A stretch of 64,000 bases of DNA, from positions 1 to 64,000 of the IMG/VR virus record IMGVR_UViG_3300002098_000029. One strand, 5' to 3'. Position 1 is the first letter of the stretch. Each line of letters begins with the position of its first letter. The position numbers were made by a program, and so were the translations under genes. A model generated the notes under the pieces. The model was not told where the DNA came from, searched no databases, and saw nothing but the letters and a program-made list of their open reading frames with translations. The DNA is from an uncultured virus (IMG/VR IMGVR_UViG_3300002098_000029). Its lineage: Duplodnaviria > Heunggongvirae > Uroviricota > Caudoviricetes. Of this stretch, positions 26,649-32,907 are shown one piece after another.

Positions 26649-26737
26649 GGAGGGTTATCCAGGCTGGGCCTGGCTCTGTCTTGAAAACAGGTGGACTGCG
26701 TGAGCGGTTAGAGTTCGATTCTGCTATCCCTCCTCCA
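26649..26737 (+). tRNA. tRNA-Ser(TGA)
   Basis: GGAGGG acceptor, long variable arm, CTTGAAA loop, CCA. Confidence 0.85.
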
Positions 26738-26813
26738 TATTGAAGCACATTGAAGCACAGTTCGACTGTTACCGCAATGCTACCGTTAGCGGCCGGTGAG
26801 TGTGCTTCAATAT
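26738..26813 (+). ncRNA. Long-stem spacer RNA 1
   Basis: ATATTGAAGCACA/TGTGCTTCAATAT closing stem with internal hairpins. Confidence 0.6.
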
Positions 26814-26900
26814 GGAAGATGTGTTGCAAGGTGCGACCGAAGTTTGCTAAACTTCCGTTCAGAAATGGGCTGATAGGTTCGATTCCTATATCTTCCTCCA
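26814..26900 (+). tRNA. tRNA-Ser(GCT)
   Basis: GAAGT-TTGCTAA-ACTTC, variable arm, CCA. Confidence 0.9.
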
Positions 26901-26901
26901 T

Positions 26902-26978
26902 GTGGGTGTGCAACTGAAAGGCGAGGTAGAGGATTGCAAATCCTTATTATGCAGGTTCGAATCCTGTCACCCACTCCA
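26902..26978 (+). tRNA. tRNA-Cys(GCA)
   Basis: GAGGA-TTGCAAA-TCCTT, U73, CCA. Confidence 0.9.
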
Positions 26979-26983
26979 AGATA

Positions 26984-27085
26984 TGTTGTACCAAAACAAC
27001 AGTATAAAAATAGTGCTTGTGTTATTCTGTGGTTGATGTATAATAATTGTTCTGTTGTAAATTGTTCTTTAAAAATTAAGTAGTA
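26984..27085 (+). promoter_or_regulatory. Second TGTTGT-N6-ACAACA palindrome, internal promoter-like sequence and boxA-like element
   Basis: Palindrome 26984-27001; TATAAT at 27039 with weak -35; TGTTCTTTAAAAATTAAGTAGTA at 27063. Confidence 0.6.
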
Positions 27086-27090
27086 ACAAT

Positions 27091-27165
27091 ACTGCTATCG
27101 ACTAACGGTTAGGTCAAGAGGTTTTCATCCTCTAAATCGGGGTTCGATTCCCCGTAGCAGTACCA
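27091..27165 (+). tRNA. tRNA-Glu(TTC)
   Basis: AGAGG-TTTTCAT-CCTCT, CCA. Confidence 0.9.
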
Positions 27166-27293
27166 ATATTGAAGTGTTTTGCTCATACTGATTAAAGAAA
27201 TTAGCTTGACTAGTTTTGGAGAATCAAGAAAACACGCCAGAGATTTTAGCAATTCGTCTGGCAGGAAGAGAAGCTACAAAGCACTTCAATATT
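27166..27293 (+). ncRNA. Long-stem spacer RNA 2
   Basis: AATATTGAAGTGTTTT/AAAGCACTTCAATATT closing stem; inner CTTGA/TCAAG and GCCAGA/TCTGGC. Confidence 0.6.
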
Positions 27294-27368
27294 GGTCTCG
27301 TCATATAATGGTTATTATGCTGGACTGTCTATCCGGATATGGGAGTTCGATCCTCCCTGGGACCGCCA
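27294..27368 (+). tRNA. tRNA-Asp(GTC)
   Basis: CTGGA-CTGTCTA-TCCGG, G73, CCA. Confidence 0.9.
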
Positions 27369-27383
27369 ATTAAGTTTTACTGT

Positions 27384-27461
27384 TGTACTCGAGCAAGCAA
27401 GGCGTATGCGCTCCGCTGTTAACGGAGAATGAGTTAGGTTCGATTCCTAAGAGTACAGCCA
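27384..27461 (+). tRNA. tRNA-Asn(GTT)
   Basis: CTCCG-CTGTTAA-CGGAG, G73, CCA. Confidence 0.9.
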
Positions 27462-27470
27462 AGTTTCAAT

Positions 27471-27554
27471 GCGTGAGATGTTCCAATGGTGGGACAGGAG
27501 ACTGTAAATCTCTGGCCTTACGGCAGGTAGGTTCGATCCCTACCTCACGCACCA
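27471..27554 (+). tRNA. tRNA-Tyr(GTA)
   Basis: GGAGA-CTGTAAA-TCTCT, variable arm, CCA. Confidence 0.9.
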
Positions 27555-27629
27555 AAGAATTGCGGAGAAAGTAACTACTTTAGGTATTCGAGCATAGGAG
27601 AGAGTTACAATGCGCCGCAACCTAACAAT

Positions 27630-27708
27630 CTGTGTGTAATGTCAGTCTGGTCAGACGGCTCGGTTTGGAACTGAGAGGACGGTGGTTCGAATCCATCCAC
27701 ACAGACCA
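27630..27708 (+). tRNA. tRNA-Pro(TGG)
   Basis: CTCGG-TTTGGAA-CTGAG, C1:G72, CCA. Confidence 0.9.
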
Positions 27709-27748
27709 ATAACAAAGTAAATTTTGTAGTAATAACAAAGTAAATTTT
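27708..27748 (+). repeat. 18-nt direct repeat AATAACAAAGTAAATTTT x2
   Basis: 27708-27725 and 27731-27748. Confidence 0.8.
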
Positions 27749-27763
27749 TAAAGGAGTAGTAAA

Positions 27764-27964
27764 ATGAAACCAAGAAATCCATTCGCCATATTGGTGAAGA
27801 AAAGGATGGCGGGCTCGCACCGCAAGAGCAATAAAGCTCTACGTAAGAAAGAAAAACAATCCAGGTGTGATGAAAATGGCAATCATATTCGGCTTTTACC
27901 CGAACTTTCAGAGTTCAAATCTCTGCGCCTGGACCAGTTTATATTAAAGCAAACTACCACTTAA
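27764..27964 (+). CDS. Small basic protein reading through tRNA-Lys
   Basis: AAGGAG SD; MKPRNPFAILVKKRMAGSHRKSNKALRKKEK. Confidence 0.55.
   Translation: MKPRNPFAILVKKRMAGSHRKSNKALRKKEKQSRCDENGNHIRLLPELSEFKSLRLDQFILKQTTT
27861..27936 (+). tRNA. tRNA-Lys(TTT)
   Basis: TTCGG-CTTTTAC-CCGAA, TTCAA loop, CCA. Confidence 0.85.
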
Positions 27965-28050
27965 TACATATATGTGGAGTCGTTCCGGAAAACCTTCCAC
28001 GGGTTACTTAGAAGGTTCGAAACTTCTAGGGTTAGTTTGCTTTAATATAA
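27939..28050 (+). ncRNA. Long-stem spacer RNA 3
   Basis: Perfect 18-bp closing stem TTATATTAAAGCAAACTA/TAGTTTGCTTTAATATAA. Confidence 0.6.
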
Positions 28051-28053
28051 TTT

Positions 28054-28128
28054 GGGCTGTTAGTGCTAATGGGAACACATCTGGTTTGCAACCAGAAATT
28101 GAGAGTTCGATCCTCTCACGGTCCACCA
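28054..28128 (+). tRNA. tRNA-Ala(TGC)
   Basis: G3:U70, TCTGG-TTTGCAA-CCAGA, CCA. Confidence 0.92.
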
Positions 28129-28135
28129 AGTTTAA

Positions 28136-28209
28136 TGCGGGTTGTAATAGATACCGCTCGGTCTCATAAGCCGATGTCGAAGATGGAGCATTACCATCGC
28201 CCGCAACCA
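28136..28209 (+). tRNA. Atypical tRNA-Met(CAT), initiator-like acceptor, reduced D arm
   Basis: TGCGGGT/GCCCGCA-A-CCA, TCGGT-CTCATAA-GCCGA, T loop AGCATTA. Confidence 0.7.
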
Positions 28210-28216
28210 AGTTTTT

Positions 28217-28292
28217 GCCCTTGAAACCTTTAATGGATGAGGTCCTGTTTTGTAAGCAGGAGAAGCAGGTTCGATTCCTGACTGGGGCACCA
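28217..28292 (+). tRNA. tRNA-Thr(TGT)
   Basis: CCTGT-TTTGTAA-GCAGG, CCA. Confidence 0.87.
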
Positions 28293-28295
28293 AGT

Positions 28296-28471
28296 TTTGT
28301 AAGTGTAGATGTTGAGAAATGATTTATAGGCATATAAATTTAAAGGGATAATTCGAGGCGCAAATTAAGGGCGTCATCTAGTATCAACTATTACTGCGTA
28401 CCTCTGTACCGGGCGCCCTAGTATTAACGGTTAAAATGACAGCGAATAAGTGAGGCGCTGTGGCTTACAAA
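28296..28471 (+). ncRNA. Unidentified ~175-nt spacer RNA 4
   Basis: TTTGTAAGT/GCTTACAAA closing stem, internal stems, no ORF. Confidence 0.5.
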
Positions 28472-28479
28472 TTTAATAT

Positions 28480-28554
28480 AGTAACGTAGCATTGAGGTAA
28501 TGCGCCACCTTCATACGGTGTCCCAAGTGAGTTCGATTCCCACCGTTACTACCA
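28480..28554 (+). tRNA. tRNA-Met(CAT), elongator-like
   Basis: CACC-TTCATAC-GGTG, CCA. Confidence 0.87.
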
Positions 28555-28561
28555 GTTTTAT

Positions 28562-28636
28562 GGGTCATTAGTAAAATGAATATTACGGAAGTCTACGGAA
28601 CTTCAGGTGGGAGTTTGATTCTCTCATGACCCTCCA
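28562..28636 (+). tRNA. tRNA-Arg(ACG)
   Basis: GAAGT-CTACGGA-ACTTC, CCA. Confidence 0.87.
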
Positions 28637-28642
28637 AGTTTT

Positions 28643-28717
28643 GCTCGATTAGCTGAGATGGATTAGCAACGTCTTGATAAGGCGTAGACGGTGGATCGTT
28701 ACCACCATCGAGTACCA
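28643..28717 (+). tRNA. tRNA-Ile(GAT)
   Basis: ACGTC-TTGATAA-GGCGT; T loop ATCGTTA; CCA. Confidence 0.85.
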
Positions 28718-28724
28718 GATCAGG

Positions 28725-28819
28725 CCCACAGGAGTCCTCGTGACTGTCAAACTTTCAACCTGTTAAAATAAAAGAAAGTGGGAGTTGCTAGACCTCCTTC
28801 AGTAGAAGCAAACTAGCAC
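28725..28819 (+). ncRNA. Unidentified spacer RNA 5 with two possible pseudoknots
   Basis: ACAGG/CCTGT crossing CTTTC/GAAAG; GGAG/CTCC crossing TGCTAG/CTAGCA. Confidence 0.5.
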
Positions 28820-28822
28820 TAT

Positions 28823-28896
28823 CCCTCGCAAGTGTTCCGGTAGCACAACGGTTTCCAAATCCGTTGGACGGGGTTCGATTCCCTGGCGGGGGGCCA
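28823..28896 (+). tRNA. tRNA-Trp(CCA)
   Basis: ACGG..TTCCAAA..CCGT, G73, CCA. Confidence 0.87.
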
Positions 28897-28916
28897 AATT
28901 GTAAAAAGGAGTTGTC

Positions 28917-29393
28917 ATGAAAAAGATAGATTTAGTAGAAGTTAAAAGATTCATTGAAGCACAATCTGAAGATACTAAAATTTATCTTGGTGCTGACTCT
29001 GAAAGATTTGAAATTAAAGGTGTATGGTACGCAGATTATACTCTTGCTGTTGTTGTTCACATTGATGGTTGCCATGGTTGCAAAATCTTTGGTGAAGTAT
29101 CAAGAGAAAGAGATTATGACCAAAAGAAAAATAAACCTTCAATTCGTTTAATGAATGAAGTTTATAAAGTTGCTGATTTATTTCAGGCATTATCTGACGT
29201 ATTGGAAGACCGTTATGTTGAAGTACATTTAGATATTAACCCAAATGAATTGTATGGTTCATCTTGTGTGGTTCAACAAGCAATTGGTTATATCAAAGGT
29301 ACCTGTAATGTTACACCTATGGTTAAACCAAAAGCGTTTGCTGCTTCATATGCGGCAGATAGATTAAAGTTTGTGTTAGCAGAAGCAGCATAA
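28917..29393 (+). CDS. RNase H-like protein (YkuK/DUF458-like)
   Basis: IYLGADS, RLMNEV, EVHLDIN, KPKAFAASYAADR. Confidence 0.8.
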   Translation: MKKIDLVEVKRFIEAQSEDTKIYLGADSERFEIKGVWYADYTLAVVVHIDGCHGCKIFGEVSRERDYDQKKNKPSIRLMNEVYKVADLFQALSDVLEDRYVEVHLDINPNELYGSSCVVQQAIGYIKGTCNVTPMVKPKAFAASYAADRLKFVLAEAA

Positions 29394-29400
29394 AGTATTT

Positions 29401-29473
29401 GCGGGTATGCACGAGGTGTGTCGCCAGCCTTCCAAGCTGTGTAGTAGGAGTTCGAATCTCCTTACCCGCTCCA
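29401..29473 (+). tRNA. tRNA-Gly(TCC)
   Basis: GCGGGTA/TACCCGC-T-CCA, CTTCCAA loop. Confidence 0.88.
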
Positions 29474-29479
29474 AACAAT

Positions 29480-29553
29480 GGTGTTGTTAATGTAATGGTT
29501 GCATACTTGTCTGTGAAACAAGGCGAGAGGGTTCGATTCCCCACTTCACCCCA
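29480..29553 (+). tRNA. tRNA-His(GTG)
   Basis: G-1, C73, CTTGT-CTGTGAA-ACAAG; two T:T mismatches in acceptor stem. Confidence 0.8.
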
Positions 29554-29564
29554 AGAAAGAGATT

Positions 29565-29795
29565 ATGTTTAAAGTTTATATAACAGGTAAAGATAATTTA
29601 CCTTACTCATTTGATTTTGAAGATATGAGTGAAGCACTACAAGCAACACAAGATTTTCGTAACAAAGGTTATGATTTTGTAACAATGTGTTCGGAAAATC
29701 CAAATTGCACTAGTTTACCAGGAGTTGATTCTGTTAAATCAGGACTTTTGTCAAATGGTGCAGAGTATGGATATGTTAAACGTAGATACAAGTAA
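29565..29795 (+). CDS. Hypothetical protein
   Basis: 76-aa ORF filling a tRNA spacer; FVTMCSENPN. Confidence 0.7.
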   Translation: MFKVYITGKDNLPYSFDFEDMSEALQATQDFRNKGYDFVTMCSENPNCTSLPGVDSVKSGLLSNGAEYGYVKRRYK

Positions 29796-29798
29796 TAT

Positions 29799-29872
29799 GC
29801 CTCGGTAGTTTAATGGTAGAATAGCGGTGTTACATACCGTTGATGAGAGTTCGATTCTCTAACGAGGTACCA
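29799..29872 (+). tRNA. tRNA-Val(TAC)
   Basis: GCGGT-GTTACAT-ACCGT, CCA. Confidence 0.88.
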
Positions 29873-29874
29873 AT

Positions 29875-29950
29875 GCAACTTTAGCTGATGTGGTCATAGC
29901 GGTGGTTTGAAGAACCATTGAACCAAGTTCGATCCTTGGAGGTTGCACCA
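29875..29950 (+). tRNA. tRNA-Phe(GAA)
   Basis: GTGGT-TTGAAGA-ACCAT, CCA. Confidence 0.9.
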
Positions 29951-29968
29951 AAATTTAGAAAGTTTATT

Positions 29969-31168
29969 ATGATATTAGATATTAAAAATGTAAAAATGTG
30001 GACTGGTGATATGGATATTGAGCAAGCAGCCCAAGATCAAATTCGTAACATCGCTGCTTTGCCAATTTTAGCTGGACACATGGCAATTATGCCAGATGTA
30101 CATATGGGTAAAGGTGCTACTGTTGGTTCAGTTATTCCAACTCGTAATGCAATCATACCAGCCGCAGTAGGTGTTGATATTGGTTGTGGTATGTGTGCTG
30201 TTATGACTAACTTAACTGCATCCGACTTACCAGATTCCTTAACATCATTGCGTAATAGTATTGAACGTGGAGTACCAGTAGGTTTTAATGAACATAGTCG
30301 TAGTTCAATTAAAGTAAAAGGTGCAGCTGCCGATAAATTACGCCAAGCTGAAATGAAAATGTTTCAACGATGGGATAAATTAGTATTAAAGAAAAAATTA
30401 GGTCGTGCTGATCCATATAAAATTGCAAATCAAATTGGAACTTTAGGAGGTGGAAATCACTTCATTGAAATCTGTTTAGATTCGGAAGACCGAGTATGGG
30501 TTATGTTACATTCTGGTTCCCGTGGTATTGGCAATCAAATTGGTACTGTTGCCATCGAAATGGCCAAAGAAATTGCTATTCGTGAACAACGTAAGTTAGT
30601 AGATTCTGATTTGGCTTGGCTAGATGAAGGCACTGCTGAATTTAATGCTTATATTGAAGCAATGCATTGGGCTCAGGATTACGCTATGCTTAATCGTGAT
30701 ACCATGATGCAAATTGTATTGGAAAATTTACGACACAAATTTCCAAAGATGAAAACTCTCGGAGAAATTGTAAACTGTCACCACAATTTTACTAACTTAG
30801 AAAACCATTTTGGTGAAGATATGTGGGTTACTCGTAAAGGTGCAGTTTCGGCTCGTGAAGGACAAATGGGAATTATTCCAGGTTCAATGGGTGCAAAATC
30901 TTTTATCGTAATGGGTAAAGGTAATCATGACGCCTATTGTTCTTGTTCACACGGAGCAGGTCGTAAAATGAGTCGTAATGCTGCAAAGAAATATTTTACA
31001 GTAGAAGATTTATCATTACAAACTATAGGTGTTGAATGTCGTAAAGACGATGGTGTTCTGGATGAAATTCCAGGTGCATATAAAGATATTGACCAAGTTA
31101 TGGATGCCCAAAAAGAATTGGTTGATATTGTTCACACTTTAAAACAAGTAATGTGTATTAAAGGTTAG
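29969..31168 (+). CDS. rtcB: RtcB RNA ligase
   Basis: MPDVHMG, VGVDIGCGM, GTLGGGNHFIE, HSGSRG, SHGAGR, DEIPGAYK; ATG 29969. Confidence 0.95.
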   Translation: MILDIKNVKMWTGDMDIEQAAQDQIRNIAALPILAGHMAIMPDVHMGKGATVGSVIPTRNAIIPAAVGVDIGCGMCAVMTNLTASDLPDSLTSLRNSIERGVPVGFNEHSRSSIKVKGAAADKLRQAEMKMFQRWDKLVLKKKLGRADPYKIANQIGTLGGGNHFIEICLDSEDRVWVMLHSGSRGIGNQIGTVAIEMAKEIAIREQRKLVDSDLAWLDEGTAEFNAYIEAMHWAQDYAMLNRDTMMQIVLENLRHKFPKMKTLGEIVNCHHNFTNLENHFGEDMWVTRKGAVSAREGQMGIIPGSMGAKSFIVMGKGNHDAYCSCSHGAGRKMSRNAAKKYFTVEDLSLQTIGVECRKDDGVLDEIPGAYKDIDQVMDAQKELVDIVHTLKQVMCIKG

Positions 31169-31175
31169 TGGGATA

Positions 31176-31249
31176 GCTCTTATAGTATAATGGCATTACA
31201 CATCCTTGGTAAGGATGAAACACAAGTTCAATTCTTGTTAAGAGCACCA
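31176..31249 (+). tRNA. tRNA-Thr(GGT)
   Basis: CATCC-TTGGTAA-GGATG, CCA. Confidence 0.9.
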
Positions 31250-31253
31250 AAAT

Positions 31254-31331
31254 GGGAGATTGAAGGGAATTGGTATACCTCATTCGCTTAGAACGAATGG
31301 TTTCTCGGTTCGAGTCCGAGGTCTCCCACCA
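31254..31331 (+). tRNA. tRNA-Leu(TAG), short variable loop
   Basis: ATTCG-CTTAGAA-CGAAT, CCA. Confidence 0.87.
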
Positions 31332-31347
31332 AGCTTGACAATAGTAT

Positions 31348-31422
31348 CTGGCGTTAGTATAATGGACAATACAGTAGGCTTCTACCCTTCTGATGGGAGT
31401 TCGATTCTCTCACGCCAGACCA
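31348..31422 (+). tRNA. tRNA-Arg(TCT)
   Basis: GTAGG-CTTCTAC-CCTTC, CCA. Confidence 0.87.
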
Positions 31423-31427
31423 GATTA

Positions 31428-31503
31428 GGTCCTTAAGCTAATGCGGTGATAGCAAACGGCTCATAACCGTTAGGGCAGAGTTCGATTCTCTGGAGGACCA
31501 CCA
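31428..31503 (+). tRNA. tRNA(CAT), probably Ile2 type
   Basis: GGTCCTT/GAGGACC acceptor, AACGG-CTCATAA-CCGTT. Confidence 0.85.
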
Positions 31504-31521
31504 AGTATACCAGAATATGTA

Positions 31522-31550
31522 TTGACATTTAACATACATAAGTATATAAT
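31522..31550 (+). promoter_or_regulatory. Consensus sigma70 promoter
   Basis: TTGACA-17 nt-TATAAT. Confidence 0.85.
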
Positions 31551-31626
31551 AGTATTTACTGTTGGGAAACAGCAAAACTTCCGGCGCTAGTAAAGTGGTG
31601 TCCCTGTAACCGGTAAGCAGGACAAT

Positions 31627-31696
31627 GCGGTGTGTAGATAGAACAGTTTAGGATACCCTCTTAAAAAACTTTGTGCAAACCAAAGGCACCGCTCCA
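31627..31696 (+). ncRNA. tRNA-like RNA A (Gly-type acceptor, reduced D arm)
   Basis: GCGGTGT/GCACCGC-T-CCA; CTTTG-TGCAAAC-CAAAG T arm; AGGATACCCTCTT central hairpin. Confidence 0.7.
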
Positions 31697-31721
31697 AATT
31701 TATTGATTAGAGGACTATATT

Positions 31722-31937
31722 ATGGCAACAAAAGGTACGAATCAAAGAACTCGTAAGGCAAATCCAATGTTAACCAAAACTGGCAAGACCCGTTTAGGTC
31801 CTTTGAACATCAAACAATTATCAAAACTGTTAGATGGTGCCCGTAAGAAACATATTCCTAAGATTAAGAAAGCTATTGCAAAACGTTTACAGACCCAAAA
31901 ATTTGGTAAGGACGCAGAGCCAGTAGCTTCAGAATGA
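31722..31937 (+). CDS. Small basic hypothetical protein
   Basis: GAGGA SD; NPMLTKTGKTRLGPLN. Confidence 0.7.
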   Translation: MATKGTNQRTRKANPMLTKTGKTRLGPLNIKQLSKLLDGARKKHIPKIKKAIAKRLQTQKFGKDAEPVASE

Positions 31938-32074
31938 AAAAGAAAAAAGACGAAGTTGTAGAAGAAATAAAATCTAATACATCGCCTTCTTGGGGTAGAA
32001 TGTTGACCAAAAAAGAATTACTTGATATGCTTGATAGAATTTATGCCAAGCAAAAAGAGAAAAAAGAAAAGTAA
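31934..32074 (+). CDS. Small hypothetical protein (46 aa, not in ORF track)
   Basis: ATGA coupling; MKKKKDEVVEE...WGRMLTKKELLDMLDRIY. Confidence 0.55.
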   Translation: MKKKKDEVVEEIKSNTSPSWGRMLTKKELLDMLDRIYAKQKEKKEK

Positions 32075-32078
32075 CAAT

Positions 32079-32145
32079 GCGGAGTGTAATAGTACGATTC
32101 AGGATACCCTCTTGAATTATCTGAGCATAGCAGAACTCCGCTCCA
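32079..32145 (+). ncRNA. tRNA-like RNA B (Gly-type acceptor, reduced D arm)
   Basis: GCGGAGT/ACTCCGC-T-CCA; GATTCAGGA-TACCC-TCTTGAATT; TCTG-AGCATAG-CAGA. Confidence 0.7.
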
Positions 32146-32149
32146 GTAT

Positions 32150-32367
32150 TCATTATTGAGAATGTGAACGAAAGAGTAAGCAATCCTAACTGTTAAGGAA
32201 GATCACAATCCTGTAAGACCCACTCTAGCTTAGAGAACACTGCATGCTAAGGCAGTTTGGCGAACACAGGAGAATTGGTAGCAAGGTTCATGAATTAAGT
32301 AGTGAATGACCTTAAACGTCTAACTACTACACGGTTCTTAAACACAAAACAGTATTCTCAATAATGA
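32150..32367 (+). ncRNA. Unidentified ~218-nt spacer RNA 6
   Basis: TCATTATTGAGAAT/ATTCTCAATAATGA 14-bp closing stem, several internal hairpins. Confidence 0.6.
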
Positions 32368-32381
32368 CTATATAATTCTAT

Positions 32382-32456
32382 AGCGGGGTCGCATAAAGGT
32401 ATTGCACCGGACTCATAATCCGGGTTTTGTTGGTTCGAGTCCAGCCCCCGCAACCA
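32382..32456 (+). tRNA. tRNA-fMet(CAT)-like
   Basis: A1:A72 mismatch, GCGGGG/CCCCGC, CCGGA-CTCATAA-TCCGG. Confidence 0.87.
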
Positions 32457-32469
32457 ATAAGGAGATATT

Positions 32470-32613
32470 ATGAGTGAAATTAAATCAAACACTAAAAAAG
32501 TTCCCAATATTCCTATGATTAAGAATACAGGACCAAAATCTGCTACAAAACCCAAAGGTCCGATTGCGGCTAAAACTGCTAAACCATTGCGCAAAGCGGG
32601 GAGAGGTAGATGA
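32470..32613 (+). CDS. Small basic hypothetical protein (47 aa, not in ORF track)
   Basis: AAGGAG SD; MSEIKSNTKKVPNIP...LRKAGRGR. Confidence 0.65.
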   Translation: MSEIKSNTKKVPNIPMIKNTGPKSATKPKGPIAAKTAKPLRKAGRGR

Positions 32614-32804
32614 CGCAACCAAAAGAAAAAGGTGGAGTTCCACCAATTGAAATTTACACTATTATTGGTAAAGGTGTTGAAGAAATTGATCCTACCAAAA
32701 AACAAGATGATGAAAATGAAGATGCCGAATTCAAGAGAATTGAAGATGAACAATTCCGGCAAAAAGAATTAGAAAAGGTAAGAAATCTTACTCGTTGGCC
32801 GTAA
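32610..32804 (+). CDS. Hypothetical protein
   Basis: ATGA coupling, GGAG upstream. Confidence 0.6.
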   Translation: MTQPKEKGGVPPIEIYTIIGKGVEEIDPTKKQDDENEDAEFKRIEDEQFRQKELEKVRNLTRWP

Positions 32805-32816
32805 CAATTTATTAAT

Positions 32817-32890
32817 GCGGGATTAGTTTAATGGCAAAACTGTAGGTTTCCAACCTTCCGTTATTGGTTCGATTCCAATATCCCGCTCCA
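32817..32890 (+). tRNA. tRNA-Gly(TCC), second copy
   Basis: GCGGGAT/ATCCCGC-T-CCA, TTTCCAA loop. Confidence 0.9.
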
Positions 32891-32907
32891 AATTTTAGGA
32901 GAAAAAC

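Noticed and set aside
26611..28333. ORF-track ORFs overlapping the tRNA array (26611-26913, 27179-27373, 27383-27574, 27605-27820, 27972-28169, 28004-28333)
   Set aside because: Shadow translations of tRNA and structured RNA sequence with no SD
28718..28820. Theta/HDV-like ribozyme or preQ1 riboswitch after tRNA-Ile
   Set aside because: Could not fit the HDV nested double pseudoknot at the tRNA 3' end; preQ1 core absent and no downstream CDS; kept as unknown RNA
29918..29968. N-terminal extension of RtcB
   Set aside because: TTG start lies inside tRNA-Phe; ATG 29969 has a GAAAG leader
31559..31622. c-di-GMP-I riboswitch
   Set aside because: Only a short GCAAAAC..CCGG resemblance; the two-stem architecture is not recoverable
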